A stretch of 64,000 nt of DNA, from NCBI RefSeq assembly GCF_036971445.1, contig NC_091479.1, positions 95,852,001 through 95,916,000 on the forward strand, in the 5' to 3' direction. Below, one piece after another: positions 50,501 to 63,027 of the stretch. The position numbers and the translations under genes were made by a program. Source of the stretch: Narcine bancroftii. Taxonomy: Eukaryota. Each line of letters begins with the position of its first letter. Within the stretch, counting starts at the first letter, position 1. The notes beneath the pieces were generated by a model. The model was not told the origin of the DNA. It made no database searches and was given only the letters and a program-made list of their open reading frames with translations.

Positions 50501-52077
50501 TAACTAAACAGAACAACCTATCCACTAATGAACTTTTCTTCCGAAAAATATTGTATTTATTTTCCCAATGATATAATTGGATGGGTCAGACTTTAAAAAG
50601 ATAATCATCCTACTTGCCTTTCCTTTTTTAAAGTCTGATATATATTGTAATGAAAGAACCCTGTATTCAAATAAAATATCTTTTAAAAAGACATAATTTC
50701 AAGAACATTGATTGAAGCGGAGTAATCATTTAGTCCCTTATGTTTGTTGCACATTCAATAGGATCTCTATTTAATTCACTTCGTGACCAATCTCCACTCC
50801 CTCTAACATTTTTTGTGTTCAAAAAGGCAGCAAGGTTGGGACAGAGGTTAGTGCAACACCTTTACAGTGCCAGCGTTCGTGGATTCGAATCCTGCACAGA
50901 CTGTAAGGAGTTTGTACGTTCTCCAACCATTCAGAATGTACCGGGGGTGTAGATTAATTATAAATTGGGCAGCACGAACCCATGAGCCAAAGTGGCCTGT
51001 TACCATGCTGTTTGTCTAAATTTTAAAAAAAAATTAAATTTAAAGGTATTAGCCTCAGTTTTGAATATACACTAAAATCCCTGGTATCCAGAATTCAAGT
51101 AACAGGCAAAGAAAAAAGCAAAAAATAAATAGGTTAAAAAAACACGAAAGTTTAAAATGGGCACTCCTTGCCATCAGTTCGCCAATCTTGCAACACACAA
51201 TCTCAAGCAACCAGAAAATTAATTTATCTGGCATCTACCAATCCACATAGGTACTGGATACTAGGGATTTTACTGTTCCCCTTAACAATTGAAAACTCAC
51301 AGCAGTCAAGAGTTAAAGAAATCGAATGGTTCGCAAATGATTGATTTTGTGGTATTCTTCAGACATAATGTAAAAAAGAACCTTTTGATTTTTTTTGGTG
51401 TTGAGTTTCTATAACTGATCTGCTTTTGCATGAATAACTGAAATTATTTTTCTTACAGTTTAATTGATATGATTTTGCTACAAGGCAGCTAAGTCTGGTC
51501 GTCATTAATTGAATAACACTGCTGCCTGTTGATGTAAAATGACCATGAGTTTCTCTAGCTCCTTTAACATAGAACCTTCAAGACAGCATTCCTCTGGCTA
51601 TTATGCGCCTCACTTCCCTGCATGAACGCAGAAAAGGTGGATTGGCGGGTCCATTTTGCTCCATGTTTCCTACCCTAACCAGCATTGTCTGAATTCTGAG
51701 ACTTTCAGAGATGTTCTGCTAATTCCTTGAAGAAGGGCTCAGGCCTGAAACGCTGGCAATATATCTTTGTCTCCTATGGATGCAGAAAAGACCACTGAGT
51801 TCCTCCAGTATTTCGGGGGGTTTCCACTGCTGAAAATACGAAATAAAAACAGAAAATGCTGAGAAAATTCAGCAGGTCAGGAGGCATCTGTGGATAAAGA
51901 AACAGATGCATTTCCGAGAAGCAAAATAGTGTTTCTCTGTCCAGATCCACATCCTGATTTGTTGAGTGATTCCAAAAATTTGTTTTTAACTTCAACTTTA
52001 AAAGCAGACTGTGACAAATTTTCACACATTTAGACTATACGACATAAATGTGTAATTCCAGGAATTGTTCTTAATAG

Positions 52078-52727
52078 GTGACTCCTAAGAACTTGCTCAT
52101 GGGGCAGGAAATAATAACTGTTTTTTTGTGAGACAAGGCCCTTTCAAGCAAGGAAAACTCCCACCTTTAAAGGCGGAGTTTCTTCACCCTTGCGCCTAAA
52201 GACTGAGGTGGCTCAAAGATGCCGATTCCAACACTTCTCAGGGAAGGATAATCAGTGGAGCGCTGAGCTCCACCGCCTGACCTGAATGTAGAGCCGCTGC
52301 AAACGGCTGGTTAGGGGCGGGCTGATGACGACATCAGCCTGCGACTCATCTCCCCACTCACCCCTCTCCCTCCATGACCCCCTCGGTGGGCGGGAGCTGT
52401 CGGGCCAGCAGGAGTCATCAGGGCAGTGGGAGCTGTTGGGGCAGCGGGGGCTGCTTCAAGCTTCGGGGCTGTTCTCTGCAGCTCAAAATGTGGCAGAGCA
52501 ATGGTCGTCTTCTCTACCCATAATTCCCCAGACAGCTGGAACTGTTCTGGGAAACACAGAACGGTTCTACCTGCGAGGGGGATTATGGGTAGAGAAGACA
52601 GCCATTGCTCTGCCATGTATTAATGATGGGTGGCGCTACGGCACCTGTCATCCCATCTCCATTGGATCCGAAAGGTAAGTTTTAAGTTTTCGATCCGCTC
52701 TTGCAGCCGGCCTCCAGGCGGAGACCT
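52078..52727. mobile_element. GC-rich probable non-autonomous DNA transposon with internal hairpin
   Basis: Sharp GC/CpG-rich block in AT-rich surroundings, with weakly complementary ends (GGTGACTCC / GGCGGAGACC) and a ~60-bp internal inverted repeat at 52491-52616. Confidence 0.45.
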
Positions 52728-54605
52728 GACATGAAATGGCCTACAGATTCAGTTACTCATTGATGTAATGTTCTGTGGCAGCGATTGCACTTTGCGTGAA
52801 AGAACCCACAGAATGAAACATTACAAAAGTGAATTTCATTTTGTGGATTACCCTGTATTGAATGTGCCCAGAAGTATTGAACTGCACGTTTCACAAACAT
52901 TTCTACGACTGATTCCACCTGCATTGAATTTGCCCATCGTTATTGATGAAGATCTACCGGGCCCAATGCCTGAAGAGGGCGCACAAAATCAGTGAACCGG
53001 TGCGGACTCGAAAGGCCAACATGACCTGTTTCCACTCTGTAAATGGTTATATGGTTAAAGATACCACAATGGTTGACCTTATTGGCATGTAAATGCTTCA
53101 AAATGCTCACTGAAGGGGTTTTTACATAGAGAAGCCGCCTTATTGCCCAATTCACGATCTATGTAAAAGGGGAATTGGAAAGGTGAATTCAGTGTTCATG
53201 CTGAAAGTGGATTGTTGAGTCCTTTTACATGAGAGCCAGCTTCCCAGGGCAAAAGGGAAGCACAGCAGCGCCACCCTCTGCTATGATGTAGAACATATGT
53301 ACAGGGAAGTGAATCACTTTTATTATGATGTCACCTGAGTCCATGATCATTTGCAATGACAATGTATTAAGATTGGTTGTAAAAAGCACTTGTATTTATA
53401 AAATGCTTTGCTTGATCTCATAACGCCCTCTCTTGCCATTCCACAGTCACTACTTTGGCAAGAAAATTCAATTGGTAAACCGGCTGTATAACTTCTCCTG
53501 CGTCTGCGATTGGGTGAATATTGTGCTTCCTGTAAATTTCAAACCGTTTGAAATTTGAAAAAGATTGACATCACAGTTTGACATTGAGATTCTCTGAAAA
53601 AGGAGCTAAGGAGGTTTTGAACAGAACAGCTATCCAGCCTTTTAGATGGTCACTTGAAACCAAATGTTTGAACCAAAATAAATGATATTGTTAAGGATGC
53701 AGGAAATAGTCAGAAAATGTTACCGGGACTAGGAGGCTCGAGGCTGAACAGGCTAGAACTTACATCCTGGAACATAGAAGCCCAGGGGTGAAAGACCTCA
53801 AACAACTTTATAACATCATGAGGGACGTAGATAATGTAAATTGTCATAGTCTTTTCCCCAGGTTAGATGGCATAGACTTAAGGTGAGAGGAGAAGGACTT
53901 AAAAGAGACTTGAGGGACACTTCCTTTATCCAGAGAGTGGTGGGTATATGGAACATGCAGTCAGAGGAAGTGGTAAGAAGTGGGGACACTTGTAATGTTC
54001 AAAAGACATTAAGATAGGTACACAAATAGGAATGGTTTAGAGGAATTTGGGTCAAAGACAGGCAAATGAGACTAGCTTAGTTGGTAAAGACAAGTTGGAC
54101 CAAGGGCCTATTTCTGTGCTGTAGAACTCTCTGACTCATTGAGCATGGCCAGCTCCCACTCCAGCTCTGTGGAAGGGGAAGGGTAATATGTGAGGTCAGT
54201 ATGTTCCTTTGCCCGTTTATGCTAAGTACTCCCAATGCAGGGATTTGATGCTATCAGTGCCATCCCAAAGCTGCTTTGTAGTGAATGGCCAGGAATTCCC
54301 AAGTGGCAGAGAAATGTAAATTTTTGCAAAGGTTTTGAGGCTATCTTTAATGGCGGGCTAACTATATGAGCACTCATAGCAGCCATATTTGCTAACTGTT
54401 GTTTAGTAAAATATATTTCTCCAGAGATTTAATGCCAAATAGTGGTATTCGTGGAAACTGGTGTGTGTGATAATAGAATTTATCACTTTTTAAAAAATAA
54501 AATAATTTAAATAAATTATACTTAAAGGACAGTAGTGCAGCTGCTACCTCCCTGCTCTGGCAAGGCGAGTTCAATCTTGACCTCTGGCGGTGTCTGTGTG
54601 AAGCT

Positions 54606-54775
54606 TACGGATATACTCCACTTTATGAAACCAGAGCATTCCAATGAAACCTTCCGTAAGCCGAAATGCTTAAAAGCGAAGACCCATTCAAATCCTTTCG
54701 TAAAAAATGAACACAGGTTTCTTCGTCAAAGCTCATTTTTGTAAAGTGAGTATTCGTAAAAATGGGGTATACCTG
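54606..54775. mobile_element. Tc1/Tigger-like MITE inserted in a SINE
   Basis: Ends (ta)cggatatactccacttt and aaaatggggtatacctg(ta) are inverted repeats with TA flanks. Confidence 0.6.
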
Positions 54776-55518
54776 TATATGTTCTCTCTGTGACCTTAAG
54801 GTCCTTCAATTTTGGCTCACATCCCATGGACGTGTGGATTGGTCTGTTAATTTTCTACTGTAAATTACAGTAAAGAGGGTGCATTAGAATATCGAGAGAT
54901 TGAGGGAAATGGTGGGGGGGGCATAAAATTGGATTCATGACTTTAATAACCTATTTTCATGCTATATGACTGACAATTAAAAGATACCACATGAAGAGCT
55001 TTTGTCTACAAGTCTATAAACTGAGATAGAGGAAGTGGTAAATAGGTCTATTTATAACTGGTATAAACAAAAGGAGCTAAATGCTTTACTTCAGTACTGT
55101 AAATTGCTGTGATTCGAATGGAACTGAACTTCAGAGTACAACATACAAACAGCACTGGTATGGATGTCCAGGAGAATTGCCAAAGGCAAATTAGATCAGT
55201 TTCTCTGTCCACAGAAAATGTCTGAATCTCAAGTATTTCCCAGCTGTGGCTTCTTTTATTATTTCAGATGGTCAACATGCTGTTTTTGTTTAGTTCCTTA
55301 ACTGCAGGCTTGTTCTGATGTGCTCCTACCACACGGGGTTAGTTAGTGAGCATCTCCCACCAAGAGATTTGCCCATTTTCTCATTAAGAGGTTTCCACGT
55401 TTCCCCCACAAAAGATTGTTGCTACTTCTGATGTGCTCTCCTGTTATGTGTGTGTAACTGGTTTGATGGGTCCCAAGTCTGAACGCTGCTGATTGAACAG
55501 TAGTGCTTTAATTACACG

Positions 55519-56109
55519 TGTAGGGGAGTCGCAACAGGAGTAAAAAACACGCACATACACACACTCATCAGATTAAATACACTCGCAACCACTTGCAGGT
55601 AAAAGGCTTTGCGATCAAGTTACCACATGATACCCGACACCCCTTGATAACCCTGGCAGGCATGGCTCTTATCCAACTAAACTAGACACACAATATTGCA
55701 GCTCCCAACCTTTGTCTGTGCACATCTTACCAACAATCTTCCAGTGTTGCCCACGATTCCCAACCCAGAGTGGAGCCTGAGTAAGAGGAAGATGGCTCAC
55801 ATGTGGTGGACTTTGTAGTGTCATCAGCTGGAGAGTCCGGCCCAGGTATCGATGAGCTAAATAAAGGGGCTAATGACCAGATGTGCGCTGACCTGTGGGC
55901 GAGGCTTGACTTTGGATGGCAGGTGAGGTGACTTCCAATCAGGTTCCAGATGGAGAGGTCACATGCCCCTCCGCAAGCCATATTCCCACCAGGATCCAGT
56001 CAGAGAGGCTGCAAGGCCCTCCATAATCCATATTCCTACCATATTCCAGATGGAGGAATTAGATGAACCCCCCCCACCCCGCCAACAAGCCACACTACAT
56101 CTCCCCTCT
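55519..56109 (-). mobile_element. 3' LTR plus polypurine tract of a minus-strand LTR element
   Basis: TGTAG...CTACA termini (55519-56099), immediately followed by tctcccctct, i.e. PPT AGAGGGGAGA on the minus strand. Confidence 0.65.
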
Positions 56110-57534
56110 GTAATAAGTCATTAAGTTTGGTGTGTTCTCCCACAAGAGTTTGACTTTATCCACTATAAAGATTTTGTTATCCTCCTCCCACAAGGGGTTG
56201 ACACTAATTTTATATAATGTTACCCTCTTGGCCAGTGGTGGTAACATAACTGTAAGAGGCCCTTCAAGCAATTTCTGCTGATAGTGAATCTGTCTACCTT
56301 ACAGCAGAAAAAAGTGCATTTCTGGTAATATTGCACTATTTTTATTACATGACAATAATTGAAAATTGAACAAATTTACTGTGCTTGTACCTCGAAAGAT
56401 CAACTTTTACCCATTAGAAATTGATATTGAATTTTATTCGTCCAGCCAATTTGCTGTGCTTCTCTCAACAGATTGTTACTGATTTTAGACTGTTCTACTA
56501 CAAAGGGTGGATCGACATTTAGTAATCCTGCACAGGGAGTTTCAGTTCCTCCCCAGGGGTTGGTACTGATATTATGGTGTAATGCTGTCACTGAAGAGCT
56601 GCGTCCTCTTTCTAGAACCTAGCTCTAAGTTCACTGTTAATTTATTCCCCCCAAGAGTGTGGTGCTAGGTTTCCCCAACAAGTAGTTGGAACTTGGCTTA
56701 TTGACTCCCTTGCTGGAAAGTCCTCCTGCAATCTCTCAAGAGGAATGGATTAAGTTTGGAGCAGCACGGTTAGTGTAGCAGTTAGTGAAATACTACTACA
56801 ATGCTAGCTCAAATCCGGAGTTTGTACCTTCTCTCTGTGTCTGCATGGGTTTCCTCTAGGTCCTCGAATTTCCCTCCCACCATCCAAAACGTATGGAGTT
56901 GTAGGTTAATTTGGGTGACACAGATTTAAATAGCTGGAATCAGTTTCTACCGTGCTGTGAATAAAAAAATTAAAAGTTCACTGCGTACCCTGACTAGAAG
57001 TTGATCCTAACCTTACTTTGCTTCCTTCAAAAGAGGTTGGATTCAAATTTCCTATATTCTCCACAAGATGCTGCCACAAGGTATCAGTACCAACAATGTT
57101 TCACAACTATAAATTGGCTTCAGCCATCCCTCCTCCCCCTCATTGCTGCCGTCCCCCTTCCTCCTTTCCTCACCTATCATCTCCTGCCTTTGCCACCCTC
57201 CCTTCGCCCCCCCTCTTTTGTTCGGACGCCTGCCGGCATTTTCTCATACTTTGATGAAGGGCTCAAGTCTGAGACATCAGTTATGTGTATTTACCTTTGT
57301 CACGTAAAGGATACTATTGATTTGCTGAGCTTCTCCAGCATTTTGTGTTCTTACTTGCAGTTTACCACCTGTTCCCTCAAAGGAGTTTAACTCTAAGTTT
57401 ATTATGTTCCACACAAGGTCAAAATTTTTTGTGATAGCATGGCATTAGCGCTGTTTACTTGTTATCCAAATAGGTTGGCATTGGGTTTTACTATGTCCTT
57501 CGTTGGTAGTAAGTTTACTCTGATCCCTATGGGA

Positions 57535-58154
57535 AGTTGGTCCCAGGTTAACTGTTTTTTTCTCCCACGATGTTGGTACCAGGTAAGGGTTAGGTGTTCC
57601 CTGACGAGGTGTTGGTCCCAGGTGTTCCCTGACGAGGTGTTGGTCCCAGGTGTTCCCTGACGAGGTGTTGGTCCCAGGTGTTCCCTGACGAGGTGTTGGT
57701 CCCAGGTGATCCCTGATGAGGTGTTGGTCCAGGTTAGGTGTTTGCTGACCAGGTCTTGGTCCCAGGTTAGGTGTTTGCTGACAGCGTGTTGGTCCCAGGT
57801 TAGGTGTTTGCTGACAGCGTGTTGGTCCCAGGTTAGGTGTTTGCTGACAGCGTGTTGGTCCCAGGTTAGGTGTTTGCTGACAGCGTGTTGGTCCCAGGTT
57901 AGGTGTTTGCTGACAGCGTGTTGGTCCCAGGTTAGGTGTTTGCTGACAGCGTGTTGGTCCCAGGTTAGGTGTTTGCTGACAGCGTGTTGGTCCCAGGTTA
58001 GGTGTTTGCTGACAGCGTGTTGGTCCCAGGTTAGGTGTTTGCTGACCAGGTCTTGGTCCCAGGTTAGGTGTTTGCTGACAGCGTGTTGGTCCCAGGTTAG
58101 GTGTTTGCTGACAGCGTGTTGGTCCCAGGTTAGGTGTTTGCTGACAGCGTGTTA
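57535..58154. repeat. Compound minisatellite (28-bp then 33-bp units) running into an assembly gap
   Basis: About 4-5 units of GGTCCCAGGTGTTCCCTGACGAGGTGTT, then about 13 units of GGTCCCAGGTTAGGTGTTTGCTGACAGCGTGTT. Confidence 0.95.
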
Positions 58155-58354
58155 NNNNNNNNNNNNNNNNNNNNNNNNNNNNNNNNNNNNNNNNNNNNNN
58201 NNNNNNNNNNNNNNNNNNNNNNNNNNNNNNNNNNNNNNNNNNNNNNNNNNNNNNNNNNNNNNNNNNNNNNNNNNNNNNNNNNNNNNNNNNNNNNNNNNNN
58301 NNNNNNNNNNNNNNNNNNNNNNNNNNNNNNNNNNNNNNNNNNNNNNNNNNNNNN
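58155..58354. other. Assembly gap (200 N)
   Basis: Run of exactly 200 N; true size unknown. Confidence 0.99.
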
Positions 58355-59205
58355 TTTGGCTGATTATTCTCAGTTCTGAGGGACTGCCTCAGAAGAATTG
58401 GTAATACAATCACTGCAGTCAAAAGAAGATGACTGGGAAAACAAGACCTTCACATACAAGTTTGAAGATAACATGGCACCACCTTTGTGGGCCAAATCTC
58501 AAATGACAAGAGGGAGTACAGGAAGGAGTTAAAAAAGAGTCTTTCGACATGGTGTCAGAGTAATAACCTCTCCTTCAATGTCAGTCAAACAATGAGCTGG
58601 TCATTTACTTTAGGAAATGGGGGTGGGAAGATGTAGAGACAGTGGAGAGCTTCAACTTTCTAAGAGTGAATATCGCCAGCAGCCTGTTCTGGTCCAAACA
58701 TTCAAGATTCTTTTATTGTCATGGAATAAACCAGAAAATGTGATTTCACACGAAATTTCCTATAGTCAGACAAAGATTAACCATCAACAGAAATTGCCTA
58801 ACACCCCTTACAGTCAGAGATAGAAGTGAAAGAGAATCCCCCAGAGTCACTGAGTGTCCATTGTTTCACCTCCAGCGCTACCACAGTCTCCGTAGCCATA
58901 CAGCCTTCATTCCAAACCATTGGCAATCCGAGTTGCAGGTCCAAACCTCTGACACAATCAGGAAGCCTTCAATGTCTTCAGCACCTTCTCACATCTCGTC
59001 AATGCTATTGACCAAGAAAGCATGCCATCTTTATTTTTTCAGAAGCCTAAAGAAAATGAAACATCCCAAAGGTCTCTGGCCAATTTTAACTGATGCACCA
59101 CAGTAAAGTAGTAGTAAAGTACTAGAAAGTAGTGAAAACACACTGAAATTCTGGAGGAACTCCGCCGGTCTTTCAGCGTCCATAGGAGACAAAGATATAT
59201 TGCTG

Positions 59206-59702
59206 ATAACGTAACATAACAATTACAGCACGGAAACAGGCCATTAGGCCCTTCCAGTCCGCACCGAACCAAACACCCCTTTCTAGTCCCACCTCCCTGC
59301 ACAATGCCCATAACCCTCCATCTTCTTCTCATCCATATACCTGTCCAACCTTTTCTTAAATAATACAATTGACTCCACCGCCACTATTTCTCCCGGAAGA
59401 TCATTCCACACAGCTACCACTCTCTGAGTAAAGAAGTTCCCCCTCATGTTACCTCTAAACCTCTGCCCCTTAATTCTTAACTCATGTCCTCTTGTTTTAA
59501 ACTTTCCTCCTCTTAACGGAAATAGTCTATCCACATCCATTCTGTCTATCCCTTTCATAATCTTAAATACTTCTATCAAATCCCCTCTCAACCTTCTACG
59601 CTCCAAAGAATAAAGACCTAATCTGTCCAATCTCTCCCTATACTCTAGATGCTTAAACCCAGGTAACATTCTGGTAAACCTTCTCTGCACTCTCTCCACT
59701 CT
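59206..59702 (-). mobile_element. Young 5'-truncated CR1 LINE
   Basis: Uninterrupted ORF ERVQRRFTRMLPGFKHLEYRERLDRLGLYSLERRRLRGDLIEVFKIMKG...GRWD* with a (GTTAY)n tail. Confidence 0.92.
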
Positions 59703-60419
59703 GTTTCAGACCGGAGCCCTTCTTCAAGGACTAAGCAAATTCTGAGCTCCCCCAGCACTTGTCTGTTTTTACTACAATAACAGCATCTGCAGACTTTCGT
59801 GTTTCATCATATTAGCTGTGAAACTTCCACATAGGAACCTTGTAGCACCTTGCTATGCCCAAGGTCTCAATAAACTGCAGAGATTTGTGAATGCAGTACG
59901 TAAATAAACCCATCCTCCACCGAATGTTTAATGATAGCTTCCAACATATTTGAGGACTCGGCACACTCTCTTCTCCCCTCTTCCATCAGGTGGAAATACA
60001 CAAGCTGAAAAACATTAACCTCCACATTCAAGGACCGTTTCCATCCTGCTGTTACCAGGCTCTTAAATGGACTCTTGTTTGGAAAAAACTACGCTTTTCA
60101 CTTTTTTTGCAGTGCATATGTCAATAAACCATTCAATTCAACTTGTGTTAACCTCCTATCGAAATGATCTCTTCAAAGCACAGTAGAGTTCAATCTCACA
60201 AAAGCTAATACTGAAGTCTGGTGTTTGGAAGATCAAGAATCACAGTTGCAATTTAACATTCTATGACAGTTTGAAAAAGATATTCCCTTGCAATATTACA
60301 AAACTTTGCACATGATGTCCTCTGGCTGTATAACTTTGTTCCGAACACTGTTGTTAGCCACAGTGTCCTTTGAAGTATTATGGTTTAGTTCAGGACAACC
60401 TTGGCATTATTTCCTTTAA

Positions 60420-61217
60420 TGGCAGCTCTGCCGCTGGTGCAGATGTGGGTAGAGTGAGGAGCGGAAACACCGAGCTCCCTCACGGGGTTCAAACACCCAG
60501 TCAATTACTGACAGCTCCACACAGGCTTGAAACGGCCTTTTAAAGGAGCTGACAGTGCTTTATTGTGACTGCGCGATCTGGGCCCAAGATGGCAGTGCCT
60601 GTGTTTGGCAGTGGCCTCTCTAGGGGTTTCAGATTCCAGGGTAGTAGTGGACTGGCGCACGGCACCAGTAACGGGGTGAGAAGGAGAAGCGGGGAGATGA
60701 CCCTAAAGACTGACCATGGTGGCGGACCAGCGAAGGGCTCTTTAGCTTAAGGGCACACGCAGGCAGCATGACTTGCGGGAAAGGAGACATACGGGGTACG
60801 GGCTGCTGGCGACGAGGTCAAAGAACTCACACCAGGCTGCGGGAGACTGCTACATGGGAACCAGATGTCAGAACTGGAATTCAAGAGGATGCTGAGGTTA
60901 AGGAGGGCTCTGTAGAGCCCTGGGTGCTGATAGCTTCCTTGTTGTGTTGGAAATTTGGATCTGGACTCTGGTTGCTGATGGTTTGAACTAAACTGGAATG
61001 TTGCGCAGCTGCAGAGGCTGGGGGAGCACTGGGAGATGAATCCACGGACACTCAGTGTTTCTGGGGAGACTCTCTTTTGCTTTTTTTTTCTCTGATGGAA
61101 GGGGTGCCAGGCAATGCTAATGGTGAATCTTCGTCTGTCTTATGGTAGACTAAGGGCAATTCCATGTAACATTCCATTTATGTTTTATTACATGACAATA
61201 AAAAATATCTGATCTGA
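60420..61217 (+). mobile_element. GC-rich non-autonomous retroposon with Rex-like 3' tail
   Basis: Non-coding GC-rich body ending in ttattacatgacaataaa plus (ATCTG)2, a tail shared with pieces at ~56270-56370 and ~58710-58770. Confidence 0.5.
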
Positions 61218-61261
61218 AGCTGTGATAAACGATGCTACTAATCATTCCACAAGCCTATCAG

Positions 61262-61414
61262 CAAAAATGCTGGAGAAACTCAGCAGATCACGCAGCATCC
61301 ATAAGAAGTAAAGGGTAACCAATGTTTCAGGCGAAGGGCCCAGGCCCGAAACATCGGTTACCCTTTCCTTCCAATGGATACTGCGTGACCTGCTGAGCTA
61401 CTCTAGCACGTTTG
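61262..61414. mobile_element. Fold-back Penelope-derived element with hammerhead-like motif
   Basis: ~70-bp inverted arms (61262-61332 / 61344-61414) around gaagggcccaggcccgaaacatcgg. Confidence 0.7.
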
Positions 61415-61421
61415 TGTATTG

Positions 61422-61789
61422 TGTTAGGTCTGCTTTGTTCATGAATGAGTGAGACAAACACCAGGCTGAGTCGAAATCAGGGTTCTTTGTTCTTTATTAC
61501 CGGATTGTAACACTTGCGACCAACCAGGTTAGTCGGAGAATGCATTCTGCCGTTATCAGCAAAATGGTGATTTTTTATACCCTTGGATATGTGCTTAGAA
61601 CATCATCATATCATTACTTGTCCAATGACTAAAACTGTTGCTATCCTTTCCCTGCTAGCTTCCTGCCTCTCAATCCATCAATGTCTCTCTTATCTTGTAA
61701 GTACAAGGATGCATTTACATCTTGTTACAGCCCTGTACAGGGCAGGGTAACTCCTTACACATTCCCATCTCATGATGTTTTACCTTACA
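61422..61789 (-). mobile_element. Solo LTR (368 bp)
   Basis: TGTTAGG...CCTTACA termini and an exact 4-bp TSD ATTG (61418-61421 / 61790-61793). TATAAAA (~61573-61579) and AATAAA (~61493-61498) are in the correct order on the minus strand. Confidence 0.88.
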
Positions 61790-62407
61790 ATTGCCAACAT
61801 CTTCAGACTTTTTTACTTAACCACATCTATCAGTCTCTGCAGCACTTGGAAGAACCATCATTTCTCCATGTGATTTGCTGCTGTTTGCCATTATGGTCTA
61901 TGGTATCCTTCAGAAATTAAAGTTTCTACCTTGATCAATAATGGATTTTAAAAAAAAATGTTGTTGAAAATTTCAAATTTCTTTGGAATATAGTTTTTGT
62001 CAAGTGGCAAATATTAAGGGAAGTTCAATGATTCAGTCTCATTGTTTCACCATCCGTGCTCCACCCATGATTGTAGTTGGAAATGCCATCAGATTCTACA
62101 TCATTTTAGCTATCCTATTTCAAAATCCTCAATTCATTGTAGCTGCAATGTTGGCAAAATAATGTTATATTAAGAGTTTTATTGCAGGAGAAAGATCAGT
62201 TTCTGCTGCGTATTCCCTGGTTATTTCTGTGGAAAGATTGAACCAACTGGTCATATGACTCATTGATATTATAAGATGTGATTTTTATGAACTTTTGTTT
62301 GCTTGTTATTGGAAAAACTGATGAGGTAGAACTTTGATTCTTAACAATCTCTAACCAACATTCACAGCCTTATCAATATTAACAATTTGAGTTTGTCCCA
62401 CCAATAA

Positions 62408-63027
62408 CACTGAACAACGAAGATTGGGCTTCTGGAACACTTTTGAGTGTATTATGCATTTTGGATCTCAAAGAAGATTGGGCTTCTGGAACACGTTTGA
62501 GTGTATTTAACATGCACCTCTTTTTAGATATAACCTATTTTTGTGATTTCCTGTCATATTTTAAGTCTACTTCAAGCAGACAAAAGCATGAAGTGCAACA
62601 TGTCATTAAAAATTCCTTTTCTGCATCACACATAGATGTCTTCCTTGCTGATCTTGGTACAGTCAGTGACAAACATGGTGAAAATTTTCACCCGGAACAT
62701 TGCAACCCTGAAAAAGTGGTGCCAGGGAAACTGGAATCCATCAATGCAGGTTGCCTCTTTGGACACTGAGCCAAGAGGCAATAGATGCTAAGTACAAACA
62801 AAAATGAGCGGCAAAACATTTTTAGGTTAGTTGAGCAAAAACAATGTGTCAGCATCATTTTGCGATTAAACATGCTAAATTCAATAAAAGTTAATTTACC
62901 GTTTCTCCAACTTCTTAAGTGATACAGTAAATCCGAAATTAACTTTGTGTTCAGTTTGAAGTCGTCTATCATAATCCCCAAATTTTTTTCAGAAGCAAAC
63001 CTTTTGGAAAAAAATTGTGGTTCAGTG
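62408..63027 (+). mobile_element. Chapaev3 non-autonomous DNA transposon
   Basis: TIR CACTGAAC...GTTCAGTG with an exact 3-bp TSD TAA/TAA. Transposase remnant SHIDVFLADLGTVSDKHGENFH. Duplicated 5' subterminal block at 62419 and 62473. Confidence 0.8.

Noticed and set aside
57445-58422. 325-aa and 232-aa ORFs as host genes
   Set aside because: They are produced by a stop-free 33-bp tandem repeat and read through a 200-N gap.
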